64,000 bases of DNA from Heptranchias perlo (Eukaryota), in contig NC_090340.1 in the NCBI RefSeq assembly GCF_035084215.1, positions 17,918,001 through 17,982,000 on the forward strand, read 5' to 3'. Shown in pieces: positions 51,501-63,709 of this stretch. Both the position numbers and the translations under genes were made by a program. A model generated the notes under the pieces. It was not told where the DNA came from, made no database searches, and saw only the letters and a list, made by a program, of their open reading frames with translations. Position 1 is the stretch's first letter, and each line of letters begins with the position of its first letter.

Positions 51501-53240
51501 GCCCCCTACAGTGAGGCGAAGGGGACCCCGTGAGCCCCCTACAGTGAGGCGAAGGGGACCCCGTGAGCCCCCTACAGTGAGGCGAAGGGGACCGCGTGAG
51601 CCCCCTACAGTGAGGCGAAGGGGACCGCGTGAGCCCCCTACAGTGAGGCGAAGGGGACCGCGTGAGCCCCCTACAGTGAGGCGAAGGGGACCGCGTGAGC
51701 CCCCTACAGTGAGGCGAAGGGGACCGCGTGAGCCCCCTACAGTGAGGCGAAGGGGACCGCGTGAGCCCCCTACAGTGAGGCGAAGGGGACCGCGTGAGCC
51801 CCCTACAGTGAGGCGAAGGGGATCGCGTGTCCCCCCTACAGTGAGGCGAAGGGGATCGCGTGTCCCCCCTACAGTGAGGCGAAGGGGATCGCGTGTCCCC
51901 CCTACAGTGAGGCGAAGGGGATCGCGTGTCCCCCCTACAGTGAGGCGAAGGGGACCGCGTGTCCCCCCTACAGTGAGGCGAAGGGGATCGCGTGTCCCCC
52001 CTACAGTGAGGCGAAGGGGACCGCGTGTCCCCCCTACAGTGAGGTGAAGGAGATCGCGTGTCCCCCCCTACAGTGAGGCGAAGGGGATCGCGTGTCCCCC
52101 CTACAGCGAGGCGACGGAGGTCCCGTGTCCCCCCTACAGTGAGGCGAAGGGGATCGCGTATCACTCGTACAATGAGGTGAAGGGGATCGCGTGTCCCCCC
52201 TACAGTGAGGCGAAGGGGACCGCGTGTCCCCCCTACAGTGAGGCGAAGGGGACCGCGTGTCCCCCCTACAGTGAGGCGAAGGGGACCGCGTGAGCCCCCT
52301 CCAGTGAGGCGAAGGGGACCGCGTGTCCCCTCTACAGCGAGGCGACGGAGGTCCCGTGTCCCCCCTACAGTGAGGCAAAGGGGACCGCGTGTCCCCCCTA
52401 CAGTGAGGCGAAGGGGATCGCGTGTCCCCCCTACAGTGAGGCGAAGGGGATCGCGTGTCCCCCCTACAGTGAGGCGAAGGGGATCGCGTGTCCCCCCTAC
52501 AGTGAGGCGAAGGGGATCGCGTGTCCCCCCCTACAGTGAGGCGAAGGGGATCGCGTGTCCCCCGTACAGTGAGGCGAAGGGGACCGCGTGTCCCCCCTAC
52601 AGTGAGGCGAAGGGGATCGCGTGTCCCTCCTACAGTGAGGCGAAGGGGATCGCGTGTCCCCCCTACAGTGAGGCGAAGGGGATCGCGTGTCCCCCCTACA
52701 GTGAGGCGAAGGGGACCGCGTGTCCCCCCTACAGTGAGGCGAAGGGGACCCCATGTCCCCCGTACAGTGAGGCGAAGGGGACCGCGTGTCACCCCTACAG
52801 TGAGGCGAAGGGGACCCCGTGAGCCCCCTACAGTGAGGCGAAGGGGACCCCGTGAGCCCCCTACAGTGAGGCGAAGGGGACCCCGTGAGCCCCCTACAGT
52901 GAGGCGAAGGGGACCGCGTGAGCCCCCTACAGTGAGGCGAAGGGGACCGCGTGAGCCCCCTACAGTGAGGCGAAGGGGACCGCGTGAGCCCCCTACAGTG
53001 AGGCGAAGGGGACCGCGTGAGCCCCCTACAGTGAGGCGAAGGGGACCGCGTGAGCCCCCTACAGTGAGGCGAAGGGGACCGCGTGAGCCCCCTACAGTGA
53101 GGCGAAGGGGACCGCGTGAGCCCCCTACAGTGAGGTGAAGGGGACCGCGTGAGCCCCCTACAGTGAGGCGAAGGGGACCGCGTGTCCCCCCTACAGTGAG
53201 GCGAAGGAGATCTAGTATCACTTGTACAATGAGGTGAAGA
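48580..53240. repeat. 33-bp CpG-rich minisatellite, ~140 units, with a 1322-bp higher-order duplication
   Basis: Unit TACAGTGAGGCGAAGGGGACCGCGTGTCCCCCC. The rare variant GGTGAAGGAG occurs at 50721 and 52043. Confidence 0.97.
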
Positions 53241-55352
53241 TAGGAGGTCCCATGTCCCCACCAGAGTGACTCAGAGGCGGGAGTGCTGACACCGAGCCAT
53301 GGCTGACACCTTCTAGGACGAGGTGCTCACACCGTGGGATGATTACAATAAAATGATTTGTAAATGTGAGGTGAGCTGAGCAACAAAAAAAAACTGCAAA
53401 TCTTAAGACAAAAACAGGACATGTTGGAAACACAAACAGTTGGTCAGTCAGCCTCTGTCGAGAGAGAAGCAGATGGAACTGTGTCGGATAGGGTCCTGCT
53501 TCAGAACTGTAGATTGAAAGATGATTAAGCATGATAGTGGAAACAGAAAAATGGAGTGGGGGGGTAAAGTGACGAGTTTGCTTTCATCCTGTCCCAATAT
53601 CAACACTGACAACCTGTTTCGTGCACAATTTACCAACAAATGCAATTTCCGAGAAGAAAATGGAACAGTAAACGCTCCTGTCCCCCGAGATTTGAGCCTG
53701 AGTAAACCCCAGATTAACAGTGACGCACCGTAAGGCCGAGCTCCTGTGCGAGTCTGACTCCCGGACTCTGCCTGGTCTGTTTTTTACTCTCCGTCCAGAC
53801 TGCACTTTTTGTACCTATCCTCGTCTCCACCGCTTTCACTAGAATCTGAGAAATGGTTTTGATATTTTTTTTGGTAATCCCTCCTGGATCTTTTCAAGTG
53901 TATCCGACCTGTTTTATCAGTAAAGAGAAGCACAATCGTTAGCCACGATTCAGTGGGTGTCGGGAGTCCTTTTTTCTTCACTTCACATCTGGCAATGGAA
54001 TCAGCACGGGCACCGAGCTGGCAGTGCAGGGAGGGGGGAAAGAGTAGAGAGGCTGGATAGAGTGCTGCGCTAGCAGGTGGTTTGGTACCTGGGGCTCCTG
54101 TGTGGGGAGTTTGTGTTGTGAGCCTTGCCCCATACTGGAGATGGGCAAAAGGATGAGGAGCGACTGAATCATTGAGCTAAACAGCACAGTCCCAGGTTCA
54201 AATCTTGGGCTGGGATGAATTAGCTGTGGGGGAGGAAGGGGTGGCGAATGGTGATGGGGGTTTGGGGATGATGCTACAATTGGCCTCAGGTTAGCAGGGG
54301 GAGGGGGCTATCAGCAGCTGTTGCATCTGTTTTGCTAATGAATGATCCTTCTTTGTAGTGAGGGCAGTGGCTACGCTGATAAAATATCCTGGCAGCACTG
54401 CCCAGCTAGGCTGGCTGGAAGAAAAGCCGTGTCTTAAAGAGACTGGAGGCTGCAGCCGTCTGTGGACCTGGAGCCAGGCAGCAGTGGAGAAAATTGGAAA
54501 ACTAAGCAGTTAATCCACAGACATGCACCTGGAATCAGGCAGTTAGACAGCAGCACCGGCAGGGGCCCTGGGGGAAGAGGCGAGGCACTGGCGGGGCAGA
54601 CAACCCATTACATTTTCACGTCTCGTATAGGAAGAGATCAGAGGGAAAAAAACCATGGAAGGGGTGAGAGGAAGAAGAGGCAAAGCTTGATTCGTGGTCT
54701 CGGCTTCTCCAGTTAGAAATGAGCCCAGTAAGTAATCCGAGGCTTGTATTCCAGGGAGAGGGAACGACGGGCAGTGTCCTGAAGGGTTTATTGGGTTGAG
54801 ATGTTGCAGTGTTCAGAAGGGAGGTGTTTTGATTTTGGCAGGGGGGGCGGAGTTTACAGTGGGGAGGGGTTACTGTTGGAATGTGGGGGTGGTTTGCTGA
54901 GTTGTTTACACCTGCACTTACACTGAAGTGAGCCTGACATGTTCTACACAGAGTTTTCACTGCAATACCAAGAGTTTCATTATTTTCCATTTGCTGGGGT
55001 GGAGGGGGGAGGCAATGTTAGGCGAAGTCTTCTCTCTCAGAGGCACAAATCATTTAGAAACAACACTCACTCCTTACTGTCTCACCTCCATTCAGAAGAA
55101 CAGGTCCAAACCTCGATTATACAAAAACCCTTTCCTGATCCGTGCTCACCAGCTGGACCTGAAACACTTCTTGTCAATTATCCAAACGCGGGTAAGACTG
55201 AACCTTCTGAGAGTCCGAGAGTGTATGCTGCACTGTGGCCGTCCTTTCAGGCTCAGGGCTACAGAACCCTTTGCAATGCACCCCAACCTATCTCTTACTC
55301 TACATTCATACCACAAGGTCAGCCAGAAAAAAATTAACACCATTTGTATATA

Positions 55353-55358
55353 AATAAA
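55353..55358 (+). promoter_or_regulatory. Candidate SMPD3 poly(A) signal AATAAA (a more proximal AATAAA is at 53347-53352)
   Basis: Context TTTGTATATAAATAAATATCT, with an upstream UGUA element. No canonical AATAAA was seen between the stop codon and 53347. Confidence 0.4.
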
Positions 55359-55456
55359 TATCTATCACTTGCATTTTTACTCCATATCAATAAGTGTAGA
55401 ATTACACGTCACCTGTCTGCTGTTGGACAGCTTCTAACTCAAAGACCATTCCAGCA

Positions 55457-55462
55457 TTTATT
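55457..55462 (-). promoter_or_regulatory. Candidate PRMT7 poly(A) signal AATAAA (ATTAAA alternatives near 57435 and 57840)
   Basis: TTTATT on the + strand; the first canonical hexamer I found downstream of the PRMT7 stop. Confidence 0.3.
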
Positions 55463-55899
55463 TACTATCCATGTTTAATTTCAGCAAACACGTACATTAA
55501 GTAGGAGGGTACCGGTGCTGAGAGACCCCAGTCGCAGTGACTGTACACTTCCCACACGTCCTCACACCGACACCGTGACTGCAGCAGGTCTGTGAGCCCA
55601 CGCCACCAGGCACCATTTCATCCAGACACCGAGAGCTTGCTTCGCTAAAACAAAAAGGTCCCACATTTACCCCACAGCTTCACGGACTCCATTACGAGTA
55701 AAGTACAATCTTCTTTCTCACCCCTTATAATGAGGTCAGTGAGAAGGTCAATGGTGTCTGTCAAGTGCCGGATTGAGGGAGATGTCACCGAGGACAGTAC
55801 AGCTGAAACTCACACGACAAGCCGATGGTTTGCCAGACTGACTGATTGGGGTAGTTGATGTCTCTTTTCTCCTGAAGGGTGCTGGCACCTTCTGGTATT

Positions 55900-56185
55900 T
55901 CACCCCAGAGCCCAGACACTTTGTTCAACCAGCAGGGCATCACAGCCGAGCCCAACATTGCCCTCGCCAGATACCCACACATACACTTCCCTGCACTGAT
56001 CACTGCATCAGGAGTGGGAACCGGGGCTGATTATTCCCTTCGCTAATCCAGAGCACTGAGGCCAATTGTAGTGACTGTGTACTAACCCAGCTAAGACCAG
56101 CTTACTTTGCACAGACTAACCTTGTTGGTACGTACAGCTCAGTACCAGACCAGGCAATGCACTTAAAGCTGAGGCTTTGGAGGAG
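55900..56185 (-). mobile_element. LF-SINE-like element, decayed
   Basis: GGGCATCACAGCCGAGCCC..TCAGGAGTGGGAACC..CTGAGGCCAATTG, shared with 62560-62880. Confidence 0.55.
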
Positions 56186-56914
56186 CAATCAGAATAATTC
56201 ATAACTCAGATACATGATGTACACCTCGGCACTATCGAGCAGGTCACGCAGCAGAATTAAGCCGCACTACACACATCAGCCACTGGATAGAGCCTGTTCG
56301 TGTTGGAAGTAATTTTAAAATGGTGCTGCGACTTGTTTAAATCAACACGCGGTTTACTGACAGCACAAGCTGAGTCTGTGATCAGTGGATTCTCTGTGCT
56401 CATTGAGGTCTGCGCCACCTGCACATCACCAGGCAAGGCAAACTGGACAGAGTGCATTCCACACAGACCCGGCAATAATTAAATAACCTCCAGCAAGACT
56501 GGCTAAATAAATAAAGAATAAATCACACCTACAAAGCTAGGGTGACTTGTCACTGGGCTTATGCTGACCATGATTACTAGTAGTGCGTGAAGTGCACAGT
56601 CTGGGATTACACTAGGCAGTGAAGAACGGGGTATTTACTGGGGCGTCTGGTGAAGAACCAGCCTGTTCTTGATGTGCAGGGCCACGCTGTGAATCTTACT
56701 GATAAAGGAAAGGACTCAGAGGATCAGCACAGAAACCATTTACATTCCTCCTTTAACCAGGTGCCAGTAGTAAGGAACAGTAGGGCGCAAAACATGGTGA
56801 ATAAAGGCACTGGCCCTCACCCCAGCAAACTGGGATTCAATTGACAATCTCGTTTGCTGGAAGACAAAGATCTTTACACCTCCAGTAAGGGGAGGAGAAA
56901 GAGGGAACTGAAGC

Positions 56915-57175
56915 CTGCGTTTATATAACGGCTTATCATATCGCATGGAAATACTTCATATACAGACTTTTGGAAGTAAGTCACTGTTGCCACAACGATA
57001 AATGTGGCAGCAATTTGCACAAGATCTCACAAACAGCCGCAGGATCCGTTATATATCGGCTCTCCCTCGGTACTGCGCCGAGTGTCAGCCTACTTGACGT
57101 GCTCCAAGATCTGGAGTGGGGCTTGAACCAATGACCTTGACTCAGGCAAGAGTGCTACCACTGAGCCAGCCGACA
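56915..57175 (-). mobile_element. tRNA/Deu-domain SINE, internally deleted
   Basis: Tail and head present, central part missing. Confidence 0.7.
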
Positions 57176-57594
57176 CGAAGAGAGAGAGGAATGCAGTACT
57201 GAGGGACAGGTGAAATAAAACAATTACTAGTAATTCGCAGATCCAACTGCTAGTAAAATTCTGTAGATTGGTCCATGAATAGCCCACAGCACTGTGCAAA
57301 CACACAATAAAGGGCAAGGGGAACGTCAGCTTCAAACTCTCACACATAGGCGTCAATCTGAATAAGCAAAACATAGAGATGGAGATTTCTAAAATGATAT
57401 AAATCCGATGAACGGGGCAGGACTTGAACAACACTTTAATGAGTCTCCTTTTAAAATAAAACAAATCTTGTACAATTTGAAACATCAATTCTCGTTTGCA
57501 TCAAGTTCACTACCGACTTATGTAATCTAGATAGACAGTCCAGTACTGAAGAAGTGCTCCACTGAGATGAAATGGTAAACTTTGGCCCAATCTC

Positions 57595-58000
57595 CATGCA
57601 TTTATACAGCATCTTTCAGAGCCAAAAGGTTAGTTTTGTACTGTTGTTATTTAGGCAAACACAGCAGCCAACTCGCACACAGCAAGATCTCACAACAGCG
57701 ATTTGATGAATGACCAGTTAACCTGTTTTGGTGGTGTTGGTTGAGGGATGAATGTTGTCCAGGACACTGGTAGAACTCCCCTCCTCCTTTCAACCATGGG
57801 ATCTTTTACATCTACTTGAGCAAGCAGATGGAGCCTCACTTTAATGTCCCATCCGAAAGACATTATTCCAATAATGCAGCAATCCTTTCGTACTGCGCTG
57901 TTGTGTCAGCCTAGATTATGTGCTCAAGTCTTTGGAGTGGAGTTTGAACCCATGACCTTCTGACTCAGAGATTAGAGTGCCACTACTGAGCCAAGCAGAC
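57595..58000 (-). mobile_element. tRNA/Deu-domain SINE, decayed
   Basis: Family similarity over its whole length. Confidence 0.8.
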
Positions 58001-58320
58001 ATTATACTGGACACTCCCTCTTGCTCCAGTCACTGTCTACAATGCACTGCCCTGGGGTTCAGTCGTCACATTTACCGACTGAAGTAACCACTTTTGCTTA
58101 TTCTTCCCTCAATTTCAAAACAAGTACGGTTGAAACAAGTCTTCATTTCACAGCTGGGCGAGGGCCCGAAAGTCCCAAGAGTAATATCTGAGTCTAGTTT
58201 CAGACCTATTACAGTTTTACTGGTGGCCCTGTGGTGTTTAGTGCAGCCCACCTCTCCAGTGACTAACACCGCCTACAGACACTCTGTGCCATCACTCGTC
58301 CTTCAGCACTCTGCGGTTGG

Positions 58321-58482
58321 TCACGGGGACTGCTTGAAATCCATGGCTAGCTTGCCAGTCTCTGGGTGAAAGGTCACGCTGTAGACGACCGAGGTCTGGC
58401 CGTCTGCCGAGGTCTCGGGATTGGTCACTGAGCCGAGGAGGTAGACGCCTTGCTTGCAGTGTGGGTTCCAGTCGCAGTCACC
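58321..58482 (-). CDS. PRMT7: PRMT7 terminal coding exon, GDCDWNPHCKQGVYLLGSVTNPETSADGQTSVVYSVTFHPETGKLAMDFKQSP*
   Basis: cag| acceptor, WNPHCKQ motif, TGA stop at 58323-58321. Confidence 0.96.
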   Translation of the reverse strand, partial: GDCDWNPHCKQGVYLLGSVTNPETSADGQTSVVYSVTFHPETGKLAMDFKQSP

Positions 58483-59359
58483 CTGTCGACGGCAGAACAA
58501 AGGAATTCAAGAGTGAGAAGACGGGACAAGGAAAACGCCAGATACCCGAGACAGCAACATCGGCGAGGTCGACAGGAAGCACAAGCGGAAGAGCCCAAAC
58601 TCATCAATGGGATCCCGTCAGTACTGATCACAAAGTGCAAATGATAGGGACCCTAGGATTTGGAGTAACGGACAAGTACTTTGTAGGTTAGGTTGTATTA
58701 TGTAGAAGTTCATTTTTTAAAAAAAAAGCAGAGGAGTACCTTGGCTAACTGACAGATACTTGTATTTCAAATGGACCTGTGTTTGAATCCAGTCCAGACC
58801 AGAGTAATGGGGTGAAAGCCTCCTCTGTCTCTCCGCTGACTGTAAGGGTCCAACTCGAGTGTGGCAGTTTCAGCACAAAAGAGCCCTAATTTGGCACGAA
58901 CTATCACAGGGATGGCTGGTGTGGAAAGTGGAAAATTCACAATGGTGCAATTAAGGTTTCTCATGAGATTCTGCTGTAGCCCAAAGAGCCTCACTCAGTA
59001 AACTATTCCTATAATACCTAAACTAGGAGTGCTTTACTTAGAAGTGCAGCGGGTACTTTAATCTGTATCTCTGCTATACCTAACCTAGAGGTGCTTGGAC
59101 ACTGGGTATTTAAAATGGAAACCGTTCCCCAGTATAGACATCATTCAACTGGAGTTTAAAAAAAAAGCCACCAAGACTTCAGCAGATAAATGCTCCATTC
59201 CCAACACCCCACTACCTGTTCCATTCCCGGCACCATTACCAATATCCCATTTCAAGGTCCATCACTATTACCAATCACCACAGCACAGATTTCATTCTGG
59301 CCCAGTGGCTGATTCCGCTGGGCTCTGTCTTACTGTGAAATTGAATAAAGGAGTTTTAC

Positions 59360-59456
59360 CATATGAGAGTGGGGCCTGGTTAACCCCGTGCTGATGGTGA
59401 TGTCATCCGTTAGGCAATAGTCCATCCAAAGCACCACTCCGTGGCAAGTGCCAGAT
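59360..59456 (-). CDS. PRMT7: PRMT7 exon, (R)SGTCHGVVLWMDYCLTDDITISTGLTRPHSHM
   Basis: tag| acceptor, ATG|gtaaaa donor, 97 nt. Matches HAAVLWMEYHLT..STGL. Confidence 0.94.
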
Positions 59457-60418
59457 CTAGAAAATTAACAAGCAATTTAAATTTTTTTTAAAAATGTCAA
59501 AAGTTACACTAGAAATGTTGTTACGGGAATTCAAGATTCTAAAGGGTATGTTAAATGGAACCGTAACAATACATCACAAACCACACAAGGGTGGGGGAAG
59601 AGGGTGGACTGCAGCTCAGCAAAGGGAAGGTGAAGAGGGAGTTTAAATGTAATGACTTTACACAGACAGTGGTGACTGTACAGAATAGACTGCTTGGTGA
59701 GCAATGGAGACAAACATGGTCAACGATTTCAAGGCAGAACTGAATGGATATTTAGCAGAGAAAGGACCGAGAGGTACGAGAGATACAGCACTGTATGATC
59801 AATAGATGGAGCGATCGATCGACCGAGCACCGAAAGAGTGATCGACCGACCGAGCACGGATAGATCGATAGAGCATGATGGATAGAGAGACAGAGCAATC
59901 ACTCTATGATAGAGAGGGCACCATCTGATAGAGAGATCACTATGAGATTTGTTGAACTTTGATGTACCTCAGTGTTCTTTTCTGCTTGTTGTACATTTAT
60001 AGGATCCCAATGGGTCGTGGCTCAGTGCTCAATGACCAACCTGATATCTCAGCTCCCGGTAAAAGAGTCAGCAAACCAGCAGCACAGTTACTAACATTCA
60101 GGACAGGAAAAAGGTCACCATAAATTATACTTTAAATAATTATTTGCAACTTTCTTTCCTGGATATATCTGCAGCCTCAGTGATTAGACCAGAGACTTTT
60201 ATTTAGATACAATTCATGTAAACAGAGTTTAGTCACAACATACCTATCCTGATAAAATGATTCAGGGTTCATAAGTGAAAGGATCATTAATTGTGAGTGC
60301 TGCCGGGTTTCAATTGCGCCTCTCTCTTGTATCCCTCAAGCGCTTTCCCTGCCATATATCTGTTCAGCTCCTTCCTGTTTAACATTAGGTGCAGGGAAGC
60401 ACTTGCTCTTCTCCATAC

Positions 60419-60579
60419 CTCAACAACTGCATCGATCCTGTGCCATAGATTGGCTGCTCTGGTACCTCCCGGCGAAAATCAAAGGCGAGGACCTGGCGAG
60501 GGTCACTGAGTGCCCTACAGGGGTATTCCCACAGTGGGTGGGGCTCAGCCTCCTGACACTCCCGGAAATTCAAGGAATT
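60419..60579 (-). CDS. PRMT7: PRMT7 exon, NSLNFRECQEAEPHPLWEYPCRALSDPRQVLAFDFRREVPEQPIYGTGSMQLL(R)
   Basis: cag| acceptor, AG|gtatgg donor, 161 nt. Contains the EAEPHPLWEYPC motif. Confidence 0.96.
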
Positions 60580-60725
60580 CTGGAAAAAGATGGCACAAGA
60601 GAAATGAGAGGAAAAAAAAATTATAAACAGCTAGTAATGTTGCAACGTTTAAAAGCAAAGATAACGCTGTGACTGAACCTGTCCAACACCCCATGGAGCC
60701 AAACACACACACACTGTGGGTAGGA

Positions 60726-61152
60726 GTCAGCTGTGGCTCAGTGGTAGCCCTCTTCTGAGTCAAAAGGTTGTAGGCTCAAGTCCCAGTCCAAAGACTTGAG
60801 CACAATATCTAGGCTGACAGTTCAGTGCAGTACTGAGGGAGTGCTGCGCTGATAAGACATTAAACCGTAGCCTCGTCTGCTCTCTCAGGTGGGCGTAAAA
60901 GATTCCAAGGCCTTATTCGAAAAAGAGCAGGGGAGTTCTCCCCGATGTCCTGGCCAATATTTATCCCTCAACCATCACTAAAACAGATTAGCTGGTCATA
61001 ATCACATTGTGGGACCTTGCTGTGCGTTAATATGGCTGCCATATTTCCTACATTACACCAGTGACTACACTTCAAAAGAACTTCATTGGCTGTAAAGCGC
61101 TTTGGGACGTCCTGAGGTTGTGAAAGGCGCTATAAAAATCTAAGTTCTTTTT
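60726..61152 (+). mobile_element. tRNA/Deu-domain SINE, near full length (PRMT7 intron)
   Basis: A-box-like TGGCTCAGTGGT, B-box-like GGCTCAAGTCCC, L2-like tail. Confidence 0.9.
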
Positions 61153-62003
61153 TTTAACATGGAGGCATGAAGTGAATTTGTAAAATTTCAGGAAATCAAT
61201 TCCTTAGGAGTAACTGATGATATTAGACACTTGCTTTACATAAGCCCTCCTAGTCAGCACCCTGTATTACTGAGTGCATCTCCACTGATAAACACAGCTT
61301 CCTTACTTTGTGAGGGTAAGTGCTCCCAGATTATTTCTCGTCTCTCCCCTTCTGCTCCACACTTCACTGGCACTCAAATGAACAAAAGTACTGACTAGAA
61401 GAATGTGAAAGTTAGTTCAAACTTTTTATAAAGTGTCTCCGCGTGAGTGGAGTTTATCACTTTTGAAAGGGCTGACAGGACTAGAACTCTCCAATTACAT
61501 TAAAGAGCCAGCGACAAGGCAAAGTCCAGGCACAGCAACGTTAGCTGCAGATTCTGAAGACGTTCTGAAGCCCAAAAGCCATTCAAGGCCTTATGAGGGC
61601 AGGTTTTGTGACACCCTAGGAAATACTTCCCAGGCAGCCGGGCAATCTTGTGCTCCGTGAACTGGAGTAAGGATTGCTTATTTTCTCCCTTTCCCCTCCT
61701 CAGTCTCTCCGAGGTTCTCCTGGGAAATGACCTGTGCCAATCATCCTGTGTCCCCGTTTTCCCCTACCCAACCTCTGGAAGAAAGCTCTGGCTTTCGCTC
61801 TGCACTTCTTCACTTAACACACAGCTAAGGTTTGAAAGTTCACCATGTACCGAATCCACCCTTCTCAGCCTGACACTCCACCACGCCATCCTCAGAGTTG
61901 AAAGTTCTAATCACGCGGAGAAAGCAGCGATGGAAAGTTGTGGGCGCAACACGCTGCACGCACGGAGCATGCTCGGTGCATCAGAGCAGCCGCCAGCTAG
62001 TAC

Positions 62004-62078
62004 CTGGATCATCTCATCCATCAGATTGACGTCAAAGCCCTCACACATCCCACAGGGGGCACGGATACGCCAGAGGTC
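62004..62078 (-). CDS. PRMT7: PRMT7 exon, [25 protein letters not shown]
   Basis: cag| acceptor, CAG|gtacta donor, 75 nt. Matches [25 protein letters not shown]. Confidence 0.96.
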
Positions 62079-62559
62079 CTGGAGAGACAGACAGCAAGCG
62101 GAACCAGCCTAAATAGGTTATACTGATAACTGCTCTTCCAAAACGAGGCATCAACATATACAGACAGCAAAATATAAATGTAAAATATAAAATAATTCAC
62201 AGTTCCCTCCACCCATATCCAGAACTTTCCCCTCTTTATTCAAATCCAAATTAGACAGATTTCTTTCAGAAAAAAACATTTTGGGAAACATTTAACGAGT
62301 AATTTGATACACGACATGTGGTAAGTGTCGCAGGCTTGGGAGGAACAGGTTACTTTGGACCTATGTTTCCCAAAGTTCTCTACCACTGGGGGTTTCCTCA
62401 CCTCATGTCTGGGTCTGTTGTACACTCATTGATAGGGATTGATTACAACGATTAGTCAACAACACCATTATTCTATCATGCGACTACCAGGATGGCAGAA
62501 GACAAACTAGAAGGACCCCAGTCTTTCTTCCTCCAGTAATTCCTACGCTCCTCGAAGGT

Positions 62560-62880
62560 GTTGACTTGTTGCTGGGTTGCAGTTCCAGAGATGCCTCCAG
62601 TTACTGCCCAGTGCCTCGACCAAGAGCCAGGACAGTATCAGCAGGCTCTTCAACTGTGTTCAACTTGACAGCGGAGACTGATCCTGCTCCCGACTAACGT
62701 ACACAGTTGTAGGATGGTGATCAGGAGTGGGAACCCTGGTTGATTTCCCCCTCCTCAGCCCAGGAACTCTGAGGCCAATTGCAGAGCTCTTCCTGCTGCC
62801 CCAATTAAAACCAGCTAACCCAGCCCAGACCAGTACAGCACCGGGTGTTGCATTTCCCCACAAGCCCAGCAGGGGAGCTT
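62560..62880 (-). mobile_element. LF-SINE-like element, decayed
   Basis: GATCAGGAGTGGGAACCCTGGTTGATTTCCCC..CTGAGGCCAATTGC. Confidence 0.5.
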
Positions 62881-63354
62881 TTCAGTGCATTGAGAATTCC
62901 AGTTATTTGGCAGCTGTGCGGGGCTCTCCAACAGATTTCACTGTATTCTCCTTGCATGAAAATAAAGGCAAGGATAAGAATGTTACAGCTCTGGACACAG
63001 GTTATAGGCATTGATGTAGGTAGGCATATGCCGTCTATGCCATAGTGTGGTTTAATTCTGCAGGGGATAACATGAGGGTGTTCAGCTAACTCTTCCACTC
63101 TCCCACCAGCTGGCCCCGGGTATCCCACCAGCGGGGCCCACTTCTCCCCTCTAGCTGGCCTTGGGTGCCCTACTCTCCCACTGGTCAGCCCTGGCTCTCC
63201 CTACCTCTTCCACTGGCTTGTCTCTACCCCCACCCCAGGAATCCTCTCTCAGAACAGTATATCTATTACTTTTTACAAAAATACACAGCACTTTTATTAT
63301 TAGAAAAGAGAAACACTTTGTAAAAAAAATCCCCCAATAATTGGATCTGGATCC

Positions 63355-63648
63355 CCCTAGAACAAGGGGGCATAACCTTAAAATTAGAGCTAGACCGTTC
63401 AGGGATGATGTCAGGAAGCACATCTTCACACAAAGGGTAGTGGAAATCTGGAACGCTCTCCCCCAAAAAGCTGTTGAGGGTCAACTGAAAAATTCAAGAC
63501 TGAGATTGATAGATTTTTGTTAGCCAAGGGTATTGAGGGATATGGAACCAAGACAGGTGGGTGGAGTTAAGATTCAGATCAGCCATGATCTAATTGGACG
63601 GTGGAACAGGCTCGAGAGGCTGAATGGCCTACTCCTGTTACTATGTAC
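63355..63648 (+). mobile_element. CR1 LINE 3' fragment
   Basis: RTRGHNLKIRARPFRDDVRKHIFTQRVVEIWNALP plus 3'UTR. Confidence 0.85.
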
Positions 63649-63709
63649 TCCCAAATTCCAACGTCAGACCACACCCTTCTCACCGCGATGTTTGACATTC
63701 TCCGCTCAC

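Noticed and set aside
48580-53240. CRISPR-like array (33-bp units with an internal palindrome)
   Set aside because: Units are head-to-tail with no unique spacers, there are no cas genes, and the context is eukaryotic.
48500-53261. (PPYSEAKGTAC)n, (RSPSPHCRGDT)n and protamine-like RRRG ORFs
   Set aside because: Translations of a 33-bp unit with frequent C-run frameshifts; no frame is maintained.
59790-59945. GATC/GATA-rich short repeat cluster
   Set aside because: Degenerate microsatellite next to a decayed CR1 tail; no further structure.
60726-60800. tRNA gene
   Set aside because: The A/B-box-like sequence is the head of a multi-copy SINE; no complete cloverleaf.
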